A stretch of DNA of 64,000 nucleotides, taken from NCBI GenBank assembly GCA_900318075.1, contig ONJI01000020.1:5336-69335 (forward strand), read 5' to 3'. The notes beneath the pieces were generated by a model. The model worked only from the letters and a program-made list of their open reading frames with translations, was not told the DNA's origin and searched no databases. The number at the start of each line of letters is the position of its first letter. Position 1 is the stretch's first letter. This DNA is from an uncultured Bacillota bacterium (GTDB lineage: Bacteria; Bacillota_I; Bacilli_A; RF39; UBA660). Of this stretch, positions 48,785-59,614 are shown in pieces. A program made the translations under genes and the position numbers.

Positions 48785-51700
48785 TTAAAATAAGCTAAGT
48801 TGACTAGATTCTTCCATACCGTCTAGTATTCCCATAGAACGCATTTTTTCAATTAAAGTGGAAGAAATTTTTGCTCTTTTTTGAAGATCTTCAATGCTTA
48901 TATATTCGCCTTTTTCTCTTTCGTCGACAATGTTTTTGGCAACAACTGTTCCAAGACCATCAATAGCTCTAAATGGTGGGATTAAAGATTTTCCATCTTC
49001 ATCAATTACAAAGTTACTGTAATGGCTCTTATATAAATCTATAGGTTTAAAGGTGTAACCTCTAGCTAGAGCTTCTAAGGCTACTTTTAGGCATTCTAAA
49101 ATAGAGCTTTCTTTGTTAGTTGCATCATAACCTTTTTCGTTTATCTCGATGATTCTTGCTTTAACGGCTTCATAGCCTCTTATCATACATTCAATATCGA
49201 AGTCATCATATTCAACAGAAAACTGGGCTGCGTAATATACTTCTGGCTTATGAACTTTATAGTATGCGAGTCTAAAAGCGTTAATTACATAAGCAACGGC
49301 ATGAGCTTTTGGGAACATGTATTTTATTTTAGCGCATGAATTTATAAACCAATCTTCAATTTCCGCTTCACGCATAATACTTACATATTTACTCCATGTA
49401 TCTGGATCTTTACTGGCCTTTCCTTTACGGACAAACTCCATTATTTTAAAGGCGTCAATCGGTTTTAAGCCATGATACATTAAGTAAACCATTATGTCGT
49501 CACGGCAGCCAATAACTTCAGAAAATGGTACGATACCGTTATCTATTAAATCTTTAGCGTTACCATTCCAGACATCAGTTCCGTGTGATAAGCCTGATAT
49601 TTTAACTAATTCGGCAAATGTTTTTGGCTTAGTTTCTTTTACTAATTGTAAGGTAAACGGAGTTCCAAACTCTGGTATTCCGAGACTTCCAGTATCATTC
49701 ATAATTTGATCCTTAGTAACACCTAATGGTTTTGGAGATAGGAATATTCCCATAGTCTCTTTATCATCTAATGGAACTTTAGTGATATCATCACCTGTTA
49801 TATCTTGAACTAGTCTTAATTTTGTTGGTCCTGAATGACCTAATATGTCTAGCTTTAAAACGTCTTGATCGATGGCGTGATAATCAAAGTGAGTTGTTCG
49901 CCAAGCGGAGTTTACGTCATCAGCTGGATACTGGAATGGTGTAAAGTCAAAAACATCCATATATCCTGGAATAACAACAATTCCTCCTGGGTGTTGGCCC
50001 GTTGTTCTTTTTATTCCTGTACAACCTGCAGCTAGTCTTTCAACTTCAGCGGAACGCATAAATATTCCTTTATCTTCACAGTATCCTTTAACATATCCAT
50101 AAGCAGTTTTTTCGGCAACGGTTCCGATTGTTCCAGCTCTATAGACATTATCTTCACCAAATAGTACTTTGGTATATTCATGAGCAGCTGCTTGGTTTAA
50201 ATCTGAAAAATTTAAGTCGATATCTGGTACTTTATCAGCATGGAATCCTAGGAAAGTGGCAAATGGCATATCTTGACCTTCTTTATTCATTTTTGTATTG
50301 CACTTAGGACAGTTCATGTCTGGAAGATCGTAGCCACTGCCGTAATCGCTTCCTAAGCTTTTACCATCTATTTCAAAGATTGAGTGTTTACAATTTGGAC
50401 AAATATAGTGTGGAGGAAGGGCGTTTACTTCGGTTATTCCCATCATAGTAGCAACGAGTGATGATCCTACTGATCCTCTACTTCCGACTAAGTAACCATC
50501 ATCATTTGATTTTTTTACGAGTTTTTGTGATATCAAATATATTACATCAAAGTGGGCACCTATAATACCAGTTAGTTTATCTTCTACTACTTTATCGATG
50601 TTTTGAACTTCTGGCGTTTGTTTTAAAATGTCATTTTTAATAGTTTCTTTTACTTTGTCTAAACCACCTATCATAACTTCGTGAAGGCGTGAATATATTT
50701 TTTGATTATATTCATCTTCAGAAAGATTATCTTTAGAAATTTCATTTTTAATCGCATTGAATGGTTCATCACCATATAGTTCTGAGGCTAGTCTTTCTTC
50801 GATGTTATATGGAAGAGGACTACCGTAAATAGATTCAGCTTTAGTATAGACTAAGTCTAGGGTTGTTTCTGTACAGTTTTCTATTTTAGGCGCAAATGGG
50901 ATGCCTCCAGTATCGATAATTACTTCAATAATATCGACCATATCAGCTATTTTATTAGTGTTTTTTATAACTATTTCTATAGCTTCTTCTTCATTTAAGA
51001 AAGAAAAATCTTCAAGCATTTCATCAGTAGTACGAAGATATTGTGATGGAATATCTGTGATGTCTTTTTTTGCAAGTGGGTGTCTTCCACCACCTGGGAC
51101 TTTTTGATTGGCAATAATTTGCCTATATATTTTATCTTCTGGGTTTATTTGGTGGACATCCCCTGTTGCGACAATTATTTTTCCAGATTCTTTAGTAACT
51201 CTGATTATTTTTTTTATGTGCTCTATAAGTTCTACTTTGCTGTCAAAATCGTGCATTTGAATTAAATGGTCATAAACGGCTGGAGGCTGAACTTCGACGT
51301 AATCATAAAAGTTGATAAGGTTAGCCAGTTCTTCATCAGATTTGCTTCTGCCTTCTATAAATATTTCGCTTTCATAACAGCCACTACCTAATAGTAAACC
51401 TTCTCTATGTTTTTCTATTTCACTTCTTAGAATTCTCGGAGTTTTATATAAATATTTGGTGTTGGCAAGAGAAATAAGTTTAAACATATTTTTTAAACCG
51501 GCTTTGTTTTTGGCGATTATGTTAATATGATAAGCTCTACCATATTTATGAATTTCATCTTTAGAGATTAGTTTGTCAAGATCTTTGATTGTTTTAAAGT
51601 TTCTAGACACTAATTTTTTTAGCATTTTATGGAATACTAAAGCAGTGCCTTCAGCATCATAGTCACCTCTATGATGAGCGCTTTCATCCCAAGGTACATC

Positions 51701-53314
51701 ATATCTTTTTACAAGAGCTGATAGGCTATGTCTAGCATATCCCGTGTCTAAAGCTCTTGATAGTTCTAAAGTATCTATTACGGTATTATTAAAATTCCCT
51801 AAATTATATTTTTGATGAGCCATCACAATAAATGATACGTCAAATTTGGCATTGTGAGCGACCATCGGAAGATCGCCTGTCCATTTTTTAAATTTTTTAA
51901 CAGTACTTTCTTCATCTGGTTTACCTTTTAACATATCATCTGTTATATTTGTAAGTTCTGTTATTTTTTGAGGAAGCGGTCTTTTAGGATCAATTAACTC
52001 ATCAAATCTATCAATAATTTCTCCATTACATATTTTGACAGCGCCTATTTCAATTATAGAATCAGAACCACCAGCATTAAAACCAGTCGTTTCTAAGTCA
52101 AAAACGACGTATGTTGTTTGTAGAAGTTCTTCGTTGCTAGGTCTTAGAGAAATGTTAATGGAATCATCAATTAAGGTTAGCTCTGTACCATATAGGATTT
52201 TAAATTTGTCTTTTTCTTCTTTTCCTTTGTTATAACTTGTGACTAAATTAAAAACGTGTGGAAATGCCTGACAACCGTTATGGTCTGTTATAGCTATAGC
52301 TTTATGGCCAAAATTCATAGCTGTTTTTACAAGTTCTTCTTCTCCGGCCACGCCATCCATTTGACTCATTTTAGTGTGGGCATGAAGTTCTACTCTTTTT
52401 TCTTCGGCTTTATCTTCTCTTTGACTTTCTTCGACGTCAGTCGCGTTTATATCTCTAGCATTTAACACAATTTCATTATTTGAATATCTATCAGCTTTGG
52501 TATAACCTCTAATTAGATACCAATTATCTTTTTTTATAGTTTTTAAATACTTTTGATATTCTTTATCTTCTCTACAAAAAATTTTACAGTATATACTGTC
52601 AGTTTTGTCTGTAAGTTTTAAAGTTATTATTTTAAAGTTAGACTTAGATGATTCAAAGGCATCTATTCCAAACACTTTTCCTTTAATAGTAACGTTGTCC
52701 ATTTCAAAGGTAATGTTATTTATAGGGGTAACCTCATTTTTTATTTCATCACCCATTATAAGTGGGCTTTCTTTTTTTGAGGTTTTTGGAATTATTTTAG
52801 TCTTTTCTATTTCCTCTCTGATTTTTTCAGATTTAGCTTCATTTATTTGAGTTTTTATTTTAATTTTGAAACCTGCTTTGTTAAGTTCTTTTTCAAAAAC
52901 TTTTTTGATACTATTAAATTTCATCTCTTCTGCAGTATTATCCATTTCAATATTTAACGTGTCACCATTTAAGTTTATTTTACTATCGATAAATTCGGCC
53001 AGTAGTGGGGCTTCTTTACTATAAAGATTTAAAAAATAGCGATAGTATTCTGTTAGGCTTTCAATACTGAACTCTTTTACTTTTATATTCGAAACTACAG
53101 TCACAGAACTATATTTTTGCTTTAAAAGTTTATTAAATTCAGTGTATGTTTTTATAGGTAAAATATTATCTAGTGATATATAGAAAGCATATTTATCTTT
53201 GTCTCTATTACAAACTATTTTATCTAATTTACTGTTTTCAAAATATTTAACTTCATCTTTTGGCAAATCTATTTGGGTTAGTAATAAGTTTAATTTATCT
53301 TGCATGATTATCAC
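48785..53314 (-). CDS. polC: DNA polymerase III PolC-type (Gram-positive replicative polymerase)
   Basis: 1509 aa. PHP domain (RVELHAHTKMSQMDG), an internal DEDDh proofreading exonuclease (YVVFDLETTGF...AHNAKFDVSF), a Zn module CPNC...CPKC and the Pol III alpha core. Confidence 0.95.
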   Translation of the reverse strand: MIIMQDKLNLLLTQIDLPKDEVKYFENSKLDKIVCNRDKDKYAFYISLDNILPIKTYTEFNKLLKQKYSSVTVVSNIKVKEFSIESLTEYYRYFLNLYSKEAPLLAEFIDSKINLNGDTLNIEMDNTAEEMKFNSIKKVFEKELNKAGFKIKIKTQINEAKSEKIREEIEKTKIIPKTSKKESPLIMGDEIKNEVTPINNITFEMDNVTIKGKVFGIDAFESSKSNFKIITLKLTDKTDSIYCKIFCREDKEYQKYLKTIKKDNWYLIRGYTKADRYSNNEIVLNARDINATDVEESQREDKAEEKRVELHAHTKMSQMDGVAGEEELVKTAMNFGHKAIAITDHNGCQAFPHVFNLVTSYNKGKEEKDKFKILYGTELTLIDDSINISLRPSNEELLQTTYVVFDLETTGFNAGGSDSIIEIGAVKICNGEIIDRFDELIDPKRPLPQKITELTNITDDMLKGKPDEESTVKKFKKWTGDLPMVAHNAKFDVSFIVMAHQKYNLGNFNNTVIDTLELSRALDTGYARHSLSALVKRYDVPWDESAHHRGDYDAEGTALVFHKMLKKLVSRNFKTIKDLDKLISKDEIHKYGRAYHINIIAKNKAGLKNMFKLISLANTKYLYKTPRILRSEIEKHREGLLLGSGCYESEIFIEGRSKSDEELANLINFYDYVEVQPPAVYDHLIQMHDFDSKVELIEHIKKIIRVTKESGKIIVATGDVHQINPEDKIYRQIIANQKVPGGGRHPLAKKDITDIPSQYLRTTDEMLEDFSFLNEEEAIEIVIKNTNKIADMVDIIEVIIDTGGIPFAPKIENCTETTLDLVYTKAESIYGSPLPYNIEERLASELYGDEPFNAIKNEISKDNLSEDEYNQKIYSRLHEVMIGGLDKVKETIKNDILKQTPEVQNIDKVVEDKLTGIIGAHFDVIYLISQKLVKKSNDDGYLVGSRGSVGSSLVATMMGITEVNALPPHYICPNCKHSIFEIDGKSLGSDYGSGYDLPDMNCPKCNTKMNKEGQDMPFATFLGFHADKVPDIDLNFSDLNQAAAHEYTKVLFGEDNVYRAGTIGTVAEKTAYGYVKGYCEDKGIFMRSAEVERLAAGCTGIKRTTGQHPGGIVVIPGYMDVFDFTPFQYPADDVNSAWRTTHFDYHAIDQDVLKLDILGHSGPTKLRLVQDITGDDITKVPLDDKETMGIFLSPKPLGVTKDQIMNDTGSLGIPEFGTPFTLQLVKETKPKTFAELVKISGLSHGTDVWNGNAKDLIDNGIVPFSEVIGCRDDIMVYLMYHGLKPIDAFKIMEFVRKGKASKDPDTWSKYVSIMREAEIEDWFINSCAKIKYMFPKAHAVAYVINAFRLAYYKVHKPEVYYAAQFSVEYDDFDIECMIRGYEAVKARIIEINEKGYDATNKESSILECLKVALEALARGYTFKPIDLYKSHYSNFVIDEDGKSLIPPFRAIDGLGTVVAKNIVDEREKGEYISIEDLQKRAKISSTLIEKMRSMGILDGMEESSQLSLF

Positions 53315-53363
53315 CTTTCTTATTATATCACGATTATTTATTAATGTTTATGTTAAAAGAAGT

Positions 53364-55502
53364 CTATATGACCTCTTTTACCTTTTGTTTTGGTTTATTT
53401 TCAATCGGTTGGACTATATTTAAATAGATGACTCTATGAGGAATCGAAACTTCTTTGACGATGACGCACACTTTAGAGCCCAATTTAAATTTATGCCCTA
53501 TATCTTTTTTTGCTTTCGATACGTCATCTGTCGTTACTATGCCTCTTATATTATTTTCCATTTTTACATCCATACCATATGGAGTCATTCGAATTATTTG
53601 ACCTTCAAATTCTTCACCTATATGGCTTTGAATAAACTGAGCCATTTTTAAATCTAGTGTTTCTTTTTCTGCTTTATCAGCTTCTCGTTCCATGTATGAT
53701 GAATGTTCACATATTAAAGGAAGTGATGCCTCAATTTCACCAAATCTTTCATAAACTGTTTCAAAATTGTTATAGTAATCGATAAGTCTATGAACTTCTA
53801 GATCTGGATATCTTCTGATTGGTGAAGTGAAGTGGGTATAGTAGTCTAAAGCTAAGCCATAATGACCTTCATTTATATTTGAGTATTTGGCTTTGCTCAT
53901 ACTTGTAAGTATGTAGTTAGATATCACACTATACTTGTCAGTTTCTTTAAAGCTTTCTAAGAAAGCATCTATATCTCTAGATGTGCATGTTCCGTTATTT
54001 ATCTTATTTAATAGGTTGTTAGCAGAACCATTGCATAGTCCTTCAGCTTTTAGAAGGTTAATTGTTTCAATTAGTGAATCTTCATGAGGATCGCCATGAA
54101 CTCTATAGACAAATGGAAGTCCCATATAAGAGTAGTGTCTAGTTACAGTTTCATTAGCAGATATCATAAAGTTTTCAATCATTCTCTCGGCAGTTTTTTG
54201 ATTTCGTGCTTCAAATGACTTTGGTGTTCCTTCTTTGGTTACAATGGCTTTCACCTCGTTTGATGAGAAGTCGATATTTCCTCTTTTTTTGCGTTTTTCT
54301 ATCAAAATAAGTGATAGTTCACGCATTAGTTTTAAATCTTCTAAATATGGTTCATAACCTTCTATGATAACGCCTTCTTCTAAAATCGCATTAACGTCTT
54401 CATAACTCATTTTTTTCTTTGAATTAATGACGCTATCGTATATATCATAGTCTATAATTTTCCCCGCACTATTTATAGTCATTACAACGGTTTTTGTGAG
54501 TCTATCAACGTGCTCGTTTAAAGAACAAATGCCATTTGATAATTGGTGTGGAAGCATTGGTAAAACTGAATCTGCAAGGTAAGCTGAAGTACCTCTAATC
54601 ATGGCCGCTTTATCTAAGGCACTGCCTTCTTTGACATAGTGATTTACGTCGGCTATGTGAACTTTCAAAATATAATTATTGCCGTCTTTTTTTATACTGA
54701 TGGCGTCATCCATATCTTTAGTGTCCTTACCATCGATAGTAAAAATTGTCTCTTCTGTTAAGTCCACTCTTCCAAAAGTTTCTTCTTCCAAAACATGGTC
54801 GGGTATAAGCTTTAGCTCTTCTAGTACTTCATCTGAAAAATCATTAAAGAATCCATGGTTAGCTGCGATAGCTTTAATGTCTATATCTGGATCATCTTTG
54901 TGACCTACTATTTTTTTGATAGTTCCCTCAAAAATTAGTTCACTATTTATTTCTGCTATTTGAGTTTTGCCTATATTAACTAGGACTAAATTGCCTTCTA
55001 CTATTTGTTTTAAGCCCTCGGGGCACACTACTTTAATATTTCCATGAACGTTATATGGAGTAAAAGTATTATTTCCTATATATTCGAATACGGCTCCGCT
55101 TTTTGATCTTTTAATAATTTTTTCAACTCTAGCATCTATATATTTAGTTTTTCCACCACTAAAATGATGTAAAACAACTATATCACCATCTAATGCTCCA
55201 TTTAGATAATTAGCCTTTATAAGATATTTGTGTTTACCTTTATCAGTCTTTTTAATTACGAATCCATTACCAGTATTTGTTATATGAATTTTTCCCTGAA
55301 CTTTACCAAGTTTTCCTTCGTCAAAATACTGATAATATCCTTTACTATCCAAGTATATTATTCCTTCTTCTTCAAGTTCGTTTAATGTATCAAAAAAAGC
55401 AGCTCGTTTTTCTTCACCCTTTATGTGCATCAAAGAGCAAAGTTGTTTTAAAGTAAGCTTCTTTTTACATACGTTTTCTATTATAACATCTCTAATATTC
55501 AC
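53364..55502 (-). CDS. rnr: Ribonuclease R
   Basis: 712 aa. Cold-shock/OB N-domains, an RNB catalytic domain (motif region EGHYGLALDYYTHFTSPIRRYPD) and a C-terminal S1. Probable GTG start. Confidence 0.9.
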   Translation of the reverse strand: MNIRDVIIENVCKKKLTLKQLCSLMHIKGEEKRAAFFDTLNELEEEGIIYLDSKGYYQYFDEGKLGKVQGKIHITNTGNGFVIKKTDKGKHKYLIKANYLNGALDGDIVVLHHFSGGKTKYIDARVEKIIKRSKSGAVFEYIGNNTFTPYNVHGNIKVVCPEGLKQIVEGNLVLVNIGKTQIAEINSELIFEGTIKKIVGHKDDPDIDIKAIAANHGFFNDFSDEVLEELKLIPDHVLEEETFGRVDLTEETIFTIDGKDTKDMDDAISIKKDGNNYILKVHIADVNHYVKEGSALDKAAMIRGTSAYLADSVLPMLPHQLSNGICSLNEHVDRLTKTVVMTINSAGKIIDYDIYDSVINSKKKMSYEDVNAILEEGVIIEGYEPYLEDLKLMRELSLILIEKRKKRGNIDFSSNEVKAIVTKEGTPKSFEARNQKTAERMIENFMISANETVTRHYSYMGLPFVYRVHGDPHEDSLIETINLLKAEGLCNGSANNLLNKINNGTCTSRDIDAFLESFKETDKYSVISNYILTSMSKAKYSNINEGHYGLALDYYTHFTSPIRRYPDLEVHRLIDYYNNFETVYERFGEIEASLPLICEHSSYMEREADKAEKETLDLKMAQFIQSHIGEEFEGQIIRMTPYGMDVKMENNIRGIVTTDDVSKAKKDIGHKFKLGSKVCVIVKEVSIPHRVIYLNIVQPIENKPKQKVKEVI

Positions 55503-55885
55503 CTAAACCACCCTATCATCATTATAAACTACTCTTTATAATTTAACAATGCTTTAGATAAAATTTTACACAAATTAATAGAGGTGCAGGAGGAAAAATA
55601 ATATTTATAACTGATTGAGGTTGGATTTATAAACTAATATACGAAATAAAAAACGTGAATACATCATTATACAGGAGTGAATGAATAAAAGAATACATTA
55701 ACCTGCACCTCGGCACTAATTATATTATAAGTTTTTTTGATTGTAAAATGAGTATTTTACTTATTTTTATCCTAGTTTTGTTATATAATTTGCTGTTTTG
55801 TAATAGTGATTTTTGTCTATTTAATTTCGGCCTTCCATGTTAATTTGGTAAATGCATAGTTTTTAACAATTTAAAAAGTAGAAAT

Positions 55886-56599
55886 TTACTTATTAAAGAT
55901 AAAAACATATCTATCTTTTCCGGTTAAGTCTTTTTCTACTTTTATACTGTCTTTATTAAAATACTTTTGCCCTATTTTTTTGATTTTTTCTCCTTGATTT
56001 GCACCTATTTCAAGAGCAATCAGACCTGGTTTGTTTAAATGCTTGTTTGCTTTTTCTAATATTTTTTGATAAAATTCAAGTCCATTATTTTTGGCATATA
56101 AAGCAATGTGGGGTTCATTATTTTTAACTATATCTTCTACATTTTCATCATGTGCGATATATGGTGGATTACTTATGATAATATCATATTTATCTTTAAC
56201 GCTTTCTAGCATATTGCTTTGAAAAAAGTTTATTTCTGCGCCATTATTTTTGGCATTTTCTTCAGCCACTTTCAAAGCTTCACTGGATATATCTATTGCA
56301 TCTATAGAGCAGTTTAAATGTTTTTTTAATGTTATAGCAATAGCTCCACTGCCGGTACCTAAATCGATAATTTTATATGGCTCTTTTAGATTTTTTTTGG
56401 AATATTCTATAGTTTTTTCTACTAAAGTTTCTGTTTCAAACCGTGGTATCAGAACGTTTTTATTTACTTTCAAAATGTTTCCATAAAAGTCTACATTACC
56501 TACTATATATTGAACAGGAAGGCCTTGTTTTAATTTTTCAAGTCCTTCCTTTAATTTGTCTTTACTTAAATATTTTTCTAAGTACTCTTTATCAGTCAA
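55886..56599 (-). CDS. prmC: Release factor glutamine methyltransferase PrmC/HemK
   Basis: IIDLGTGSGAIAI (SAM motif) and IISNPPY (NPPY substrate motif). Immediately downstream of prfA. Confidence 0.85.
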   Translation of the reverse strand: MTDKEYLEKYLSKDKLKEGLEKLKQGLPVQYIVGNVDFYGNILKVNKNVLIPRFETETLVEKTIEYSKKNLKEPYKIIDLGTGSGAIAITLKKHLNCSIDAIDISSEALKVAEENAKNNGAEINFFQSNMLESVKDKYDIIISNPPYIAHDENVEDIVKNNEPHIALYAKNNGLEFYQKILEKANKHLNKPGLIALEIGANQGEKIKKIGQKYFNKDSIKVEKDLTGKDRYVFIFNK

Positions 56600-57655
56600 T
56601 TATGCTTCTCTAAGTTTTCTATTTTGATCTTCGGTAATTAGAGCTTCTATGATATCTTCTAAGTTTCCTTCCATAACCCTATCTAAGTTTTTAGTAGTAT
56701 AACCTATTCTGTGGTCATTAACTCTATTTTGAGGGTAATTATAAGTTCTTATTTTTTCTGACCTATCACCTGTACCAATTTTGCTTCTTCTTTCGCTGCC
56801 TAATGTTTCTTCTTGCTCTCTAATTTTAGCTTCATAAAGTCTACTTCTCAAAATTTGCATAGCTTTTTCTTTATTTTGAACTTGACTTCGTTCATTTTGA
56901 CAGGTAACTACAGTATTTGTTGGAAGGTGGGTTATTCTTACAGCACTATCGGTTGTATTTACTGATTGCCCACCTGCTCCACCACTATGGTAAACATCAA
57001 TTTTTAGGTCGTTTGGATTGATGTCGATATCAACTTCTTCAGCTTCAGGCATTACTAGAACGGTGGCGGTTGATGTATGAACTCTACCCTGCGTTTCAGT
57101 AACTGGTACTCGTTGAACTCTATGGGCACCACTTTCATATTTTAGTTTTGAATATACTCTATCACCTTTAACCATGAATTCAACTAATGGAAAGCCTCCA
57201 GCATCATTGTGTTCTTCTGAAAGGATGTCAATTTTCCAGCCTTCTTTTTCGGCATATTTTGTATACATTCTATATAAGTCTCCAGCAAAGATGTTAGCTT
57301 CATCACCTCCGGCTGCCCCTCTAATTTCAACAATAACGTTTTTATCATCATTAGGGTCTTTTGGAAGAAGCATTATTTCAATTTCAGATTCTAGTTTTAC
57401 TTTTTCTTCGGTTAATCTATTTATTTCTTCTTTAGCAAATTCGCCTAATTCAGGGTCTTTTGTCATTTCACTAGCATCTTCTAAATCAGATTCTATTTTT
57501 TTTAATTTTTGATAGGCATCATATGCATCTTTAAGATTTGCTGATTCTTTATTTAATTTTAGCATTTGTTTAACATCGCTTATGACTTCAGGTTTATTAA
57601 GTTCTGTTTGAAGTTCATTATACTTTTCTTCAATTGCGATTAATCTTTCTTTCAT
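56600..57655 (-). CDS. prfA: Peptide chain release factor 1
   Basis: PVTETQGRV (PxT tripeptide of RF1) and [22 protein letters not shown] (GGQ motif). 351 aa. Confidence 0.95.
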   Translation of the reverse strand: MKERLIAIEEKYNELQTELNKPEVISDVKQMLKLNKESANLKDAYDAYQKLKKIESDLEDASEMTKDPELGEFAKEEINRLTEEKVKLESEIEIMLLPKDPNDDKNVIVEIRGAAGGDEANIFAGDLYRMYTKYAEKEGWKIDILSEEHNDAGGFPLVEFMVKGDRVYSKLKYESGAHRVQRVPVTETQGRVHTSTATVLVMPEAEEVDIDINPNDLKIDVYHSGGAGGQSVNTTDSAVRITHLPTNTVVTCQNERSQVQNKEKAMQILRSRLYEAKIREQEETLGSERRSKIGTGDRSEKIRTYNYPQNRVNDHRIGYTTKNLDRVMEGNLEDIIEALITEDQNRKLREA

Positions 57656-57722
57656 TTATATCACCTTTTTTTCGTTTTCAATTATACTATATTTTATGAA
57701 TATAGGCAAATAAAAACCAATA

Positions 57723-57955
57723 CTATTTGTATTGAATTGGTTTTATTTTATTATTTGTTAATTCTATATAGTTTTGATTTGTTACTACTGGTCTTTCTAA
57801 TTCTTTTTCTATCTCGATTTTAGCTTTATTCAATACATTACCGGCTTTTACCACATCTTTTTGTAATTGGTTCATACCATGGCTATCATTTTTTTGTGAA
57901 ATTCTATGGCCGCTGCTTCACCTAAATTTGTCAAAGCAAGTTCAATATTTGACAT
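57723..57955 (-). pseudogene. Frameshifted 3' remnant of the upstream Bro-N/DinD-like gene (two short ORFs of 27 and 50 aa in shifted frames)
   Basis: Minus-strand ORF-A at 57872-57955 encodes MSNIELALTNLGEAAAIEFHKKMIAMV. ORF-B at 57723-57875 encodes MNQLQKDVVKAGNVLNKAKIEIEKELERPVVTNQNY... Both are in different frames from 57964-58548. The frame changes fall within A5 and A7 homopolymer runs. The summed length of about 280 aa matches full-length DinD-like proteins. Confidence 0.4.
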
Positions 57956-57963
57956 AGAGTCCC

Positions 57964-58548
57964 TTAAATTTTGACTTTCATGTAGTCCATATTTTTATAT
58001 TCTTTCGCATTAAACCCAAATCCTGCTTTATAAATTTCATTTGTTAATATTGCATAATCTCTTCCAATTTTAGCTCCTCTATCTTTCCATTCATCAGTTA
58101 AATTATGTCTTGTAGTTATTCCTCTTTCTCTTTGTTCAATCCAAGATCTAGAATATCCTTTCTTTTCATATATTTGTTTCATACGGTCCATAGCAAGTTC
58201 TGGGTTATTAATTTCTTCTATTCTTTCACTGCCTACTTTGGCAAGCCATATTTTAAATGGCTCTGCTTTAGGTGAAGGAATGAACTGAATTATACGAAGT
58301 ATTCCTTCAGTATCAGCCATTTGAATTTTTCTGTTTTTACCATCTAATGCCTTCATTTTAAGTGGGGTACAAATTGTACCCCAGTTGTTTTGGAGTTCTA
58401 TATCTCTAGATTTTAATTTTTTTATGTATTGCTTGGCATCAGAAGAATCTGTTAATGCGTATACTACGTCAAGAATACTAAAGTACCATTTGCCATCCTC
58501 CCAAGTTTTTCTAATTTCTTTTTCTTCAAAAAGCGCGATTTTGTTCAT
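57964..58548 (-). CDS. Bro-N domain protein (DNA-damage-inducible protein D-like), apparently 3'-truncated
   Basis: N-terminal Bro-N motif region FSILDVVYALTDSSDAKQYIKKL...IQMADTEGILRIIQFIPSPKAEPFKIWLAKV. 194 aa. Confidence 0.7.
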   Translation of the reverse strand: MNKIALFEEKEIRKTWEDGKWYFSILDVVYALTDSSDAKQYIKKLKSRDIELQNNWGTICTPLKMKALDGKNRKIQMADTEGILRIIQFIPSPKAEPFKIWLAKVGSERIEEINNPELAMDRMKQIYEKKGYSRSWIEQRERGITTRHNLTDEWKDRGAKIGRDYAILTNEIYKAGFGFNAKEYKNMDYMKVKI

Positions 58549-58660
58549 ATATTACCTCCTATTTTTTCATGATTTCTTCTATATTATCACGCAAACTTTT
58601 GTTCGTCAATAAATTTTTACAAAAAAAGTATTACTTTCCTATTATATAAAAAAAGATGAA

Positions 58661-59119
58661 CTAGTCGTCTAATTCATCTTCATCAATTATTGTTAAATCG
58701 TCATCTTCAATTTCATTAACATCATCTAATTCGGTGTCATCGATTTCTGCGTCATCATCCATGTCGTGATATTCTTCTGGCGCCATGTCATCCATTTCTT
58801 CTTCTATTTCTTCTTCAGTTTCGGTTAAATCTTCTTCATCATCTTCGGTTTCTTCTAGATTTATTGAGCTGGAATGATGATCTCTTAAATCCCAAGTACC
58901 ATCTTCTAATAAAATAAATGTTTTATCAGTAGTTAAAGATGTATAAAAATCACCTATTTTATTTTTATAATCACTGTCTGAAAGCTCCAATAATTTACAA
59001 ATTTTTTTAAAAATGTCAACGATTGTTTCACTTTTTTTGTCTTCTTTTAAAATCATTTCGGCAAGGTCTATATACGAATATGATTCTAATTCATCTTTTG
59101 GCATTTTGCTTAATTTCAT
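58661..59119 (-). CDS. rpoE: DNA-directed RNA polymerase delta subunit
   Basis: N-terminal HARE-HTH-like domain (YSYIDLAEMILKE...FYTSLTTDKTFILLEDGTWDLRDHH) followed by an extremely acidic D/E tail. Start taken at the RBS-supported ATG (MKLSKMP...) rather than the upstream GTG. Confidence 0.8.
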   Translation of the reverse strand: MKLSKMPKDELESYSYIDLAEMILKEDKKSETIVDIFKKICKLLELSDSDYKNKIGDFYTSLTTDKTFILLEDGTWDLRDHHSSSINLEETEDDEEDLTETEEEIEEEMDDMAPEEYHDMDDDAEIDDTELDDVNEIEDDDLTIIDEDELDD

Positions 59120-59164
59120 AAATTTCACTCCTTAGTAGTCCTAGAACATTGTATCATATTTTTT

Positions 59165-59536
59165 CTAGCTGTCAATACTATATTCCAAATTATATGTAAA
59201 TGTGTCAATGTATTCTCCATTTATGTTTAAATCGTAAGTTAATTTTAGTGTGTTTTTTGTTTTAACTATTTTTTTAGTATATGTTTCTACTTTAAAGGTT
59301 CCATATTTAGTGATATACTTTCCTTCTAAATTTATACTTTCTTTTAAGTTTATTTTTAAACTATATTGTTGTTTTCTTTCTATAGTTATTATATTATCTA
59401 TGGTAATTTTAGTAATAACGTTATTATCAATATAGGTAATTATATTTTTATTTTTTATTCCATATCCATCAAAGGTATGATTTTCCTCTTTGCTTTTTAA
59501 AGTCGTTTTTATTTTTACTTTACTCAAGTTCATCAC
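59165..59536 (-). CDS. Hypothetical beta-rich small protein (possibly DUF1934/YwiB-like)
   Basis: 123 aa, alternating polar/hydrophobic pattern suggesting a beta-barrel. Family assignment is tentative. Confidence 0.3.
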   Translation of the reverse strand: MMNLSKVKIKTTLKSKEENHTFDGYGIKNKNIITYIDNNVITKITIDNIITIERKQQYSLKINLKESINLEGKYITKYGTFKVETYTKKIVKTKNTLKLTYDLNINGEYIDTFTYNLEYSIDS

Positions 59537-59614
59537 TTCCGATGTGTAGATTATAACACACTTTTTCTTTTTTACTCATATTTTTTTGTTTTTTTCCAAT
59601 AATAATTTTAGAAA

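Noticed and set aside
59120-59128. GTG start three codons upstream for rpoE
   Set aside because: AAGGAG is spaced 9 nt from the downstream ATG (MKLSKM...). The GTG would be too close to the RBS.
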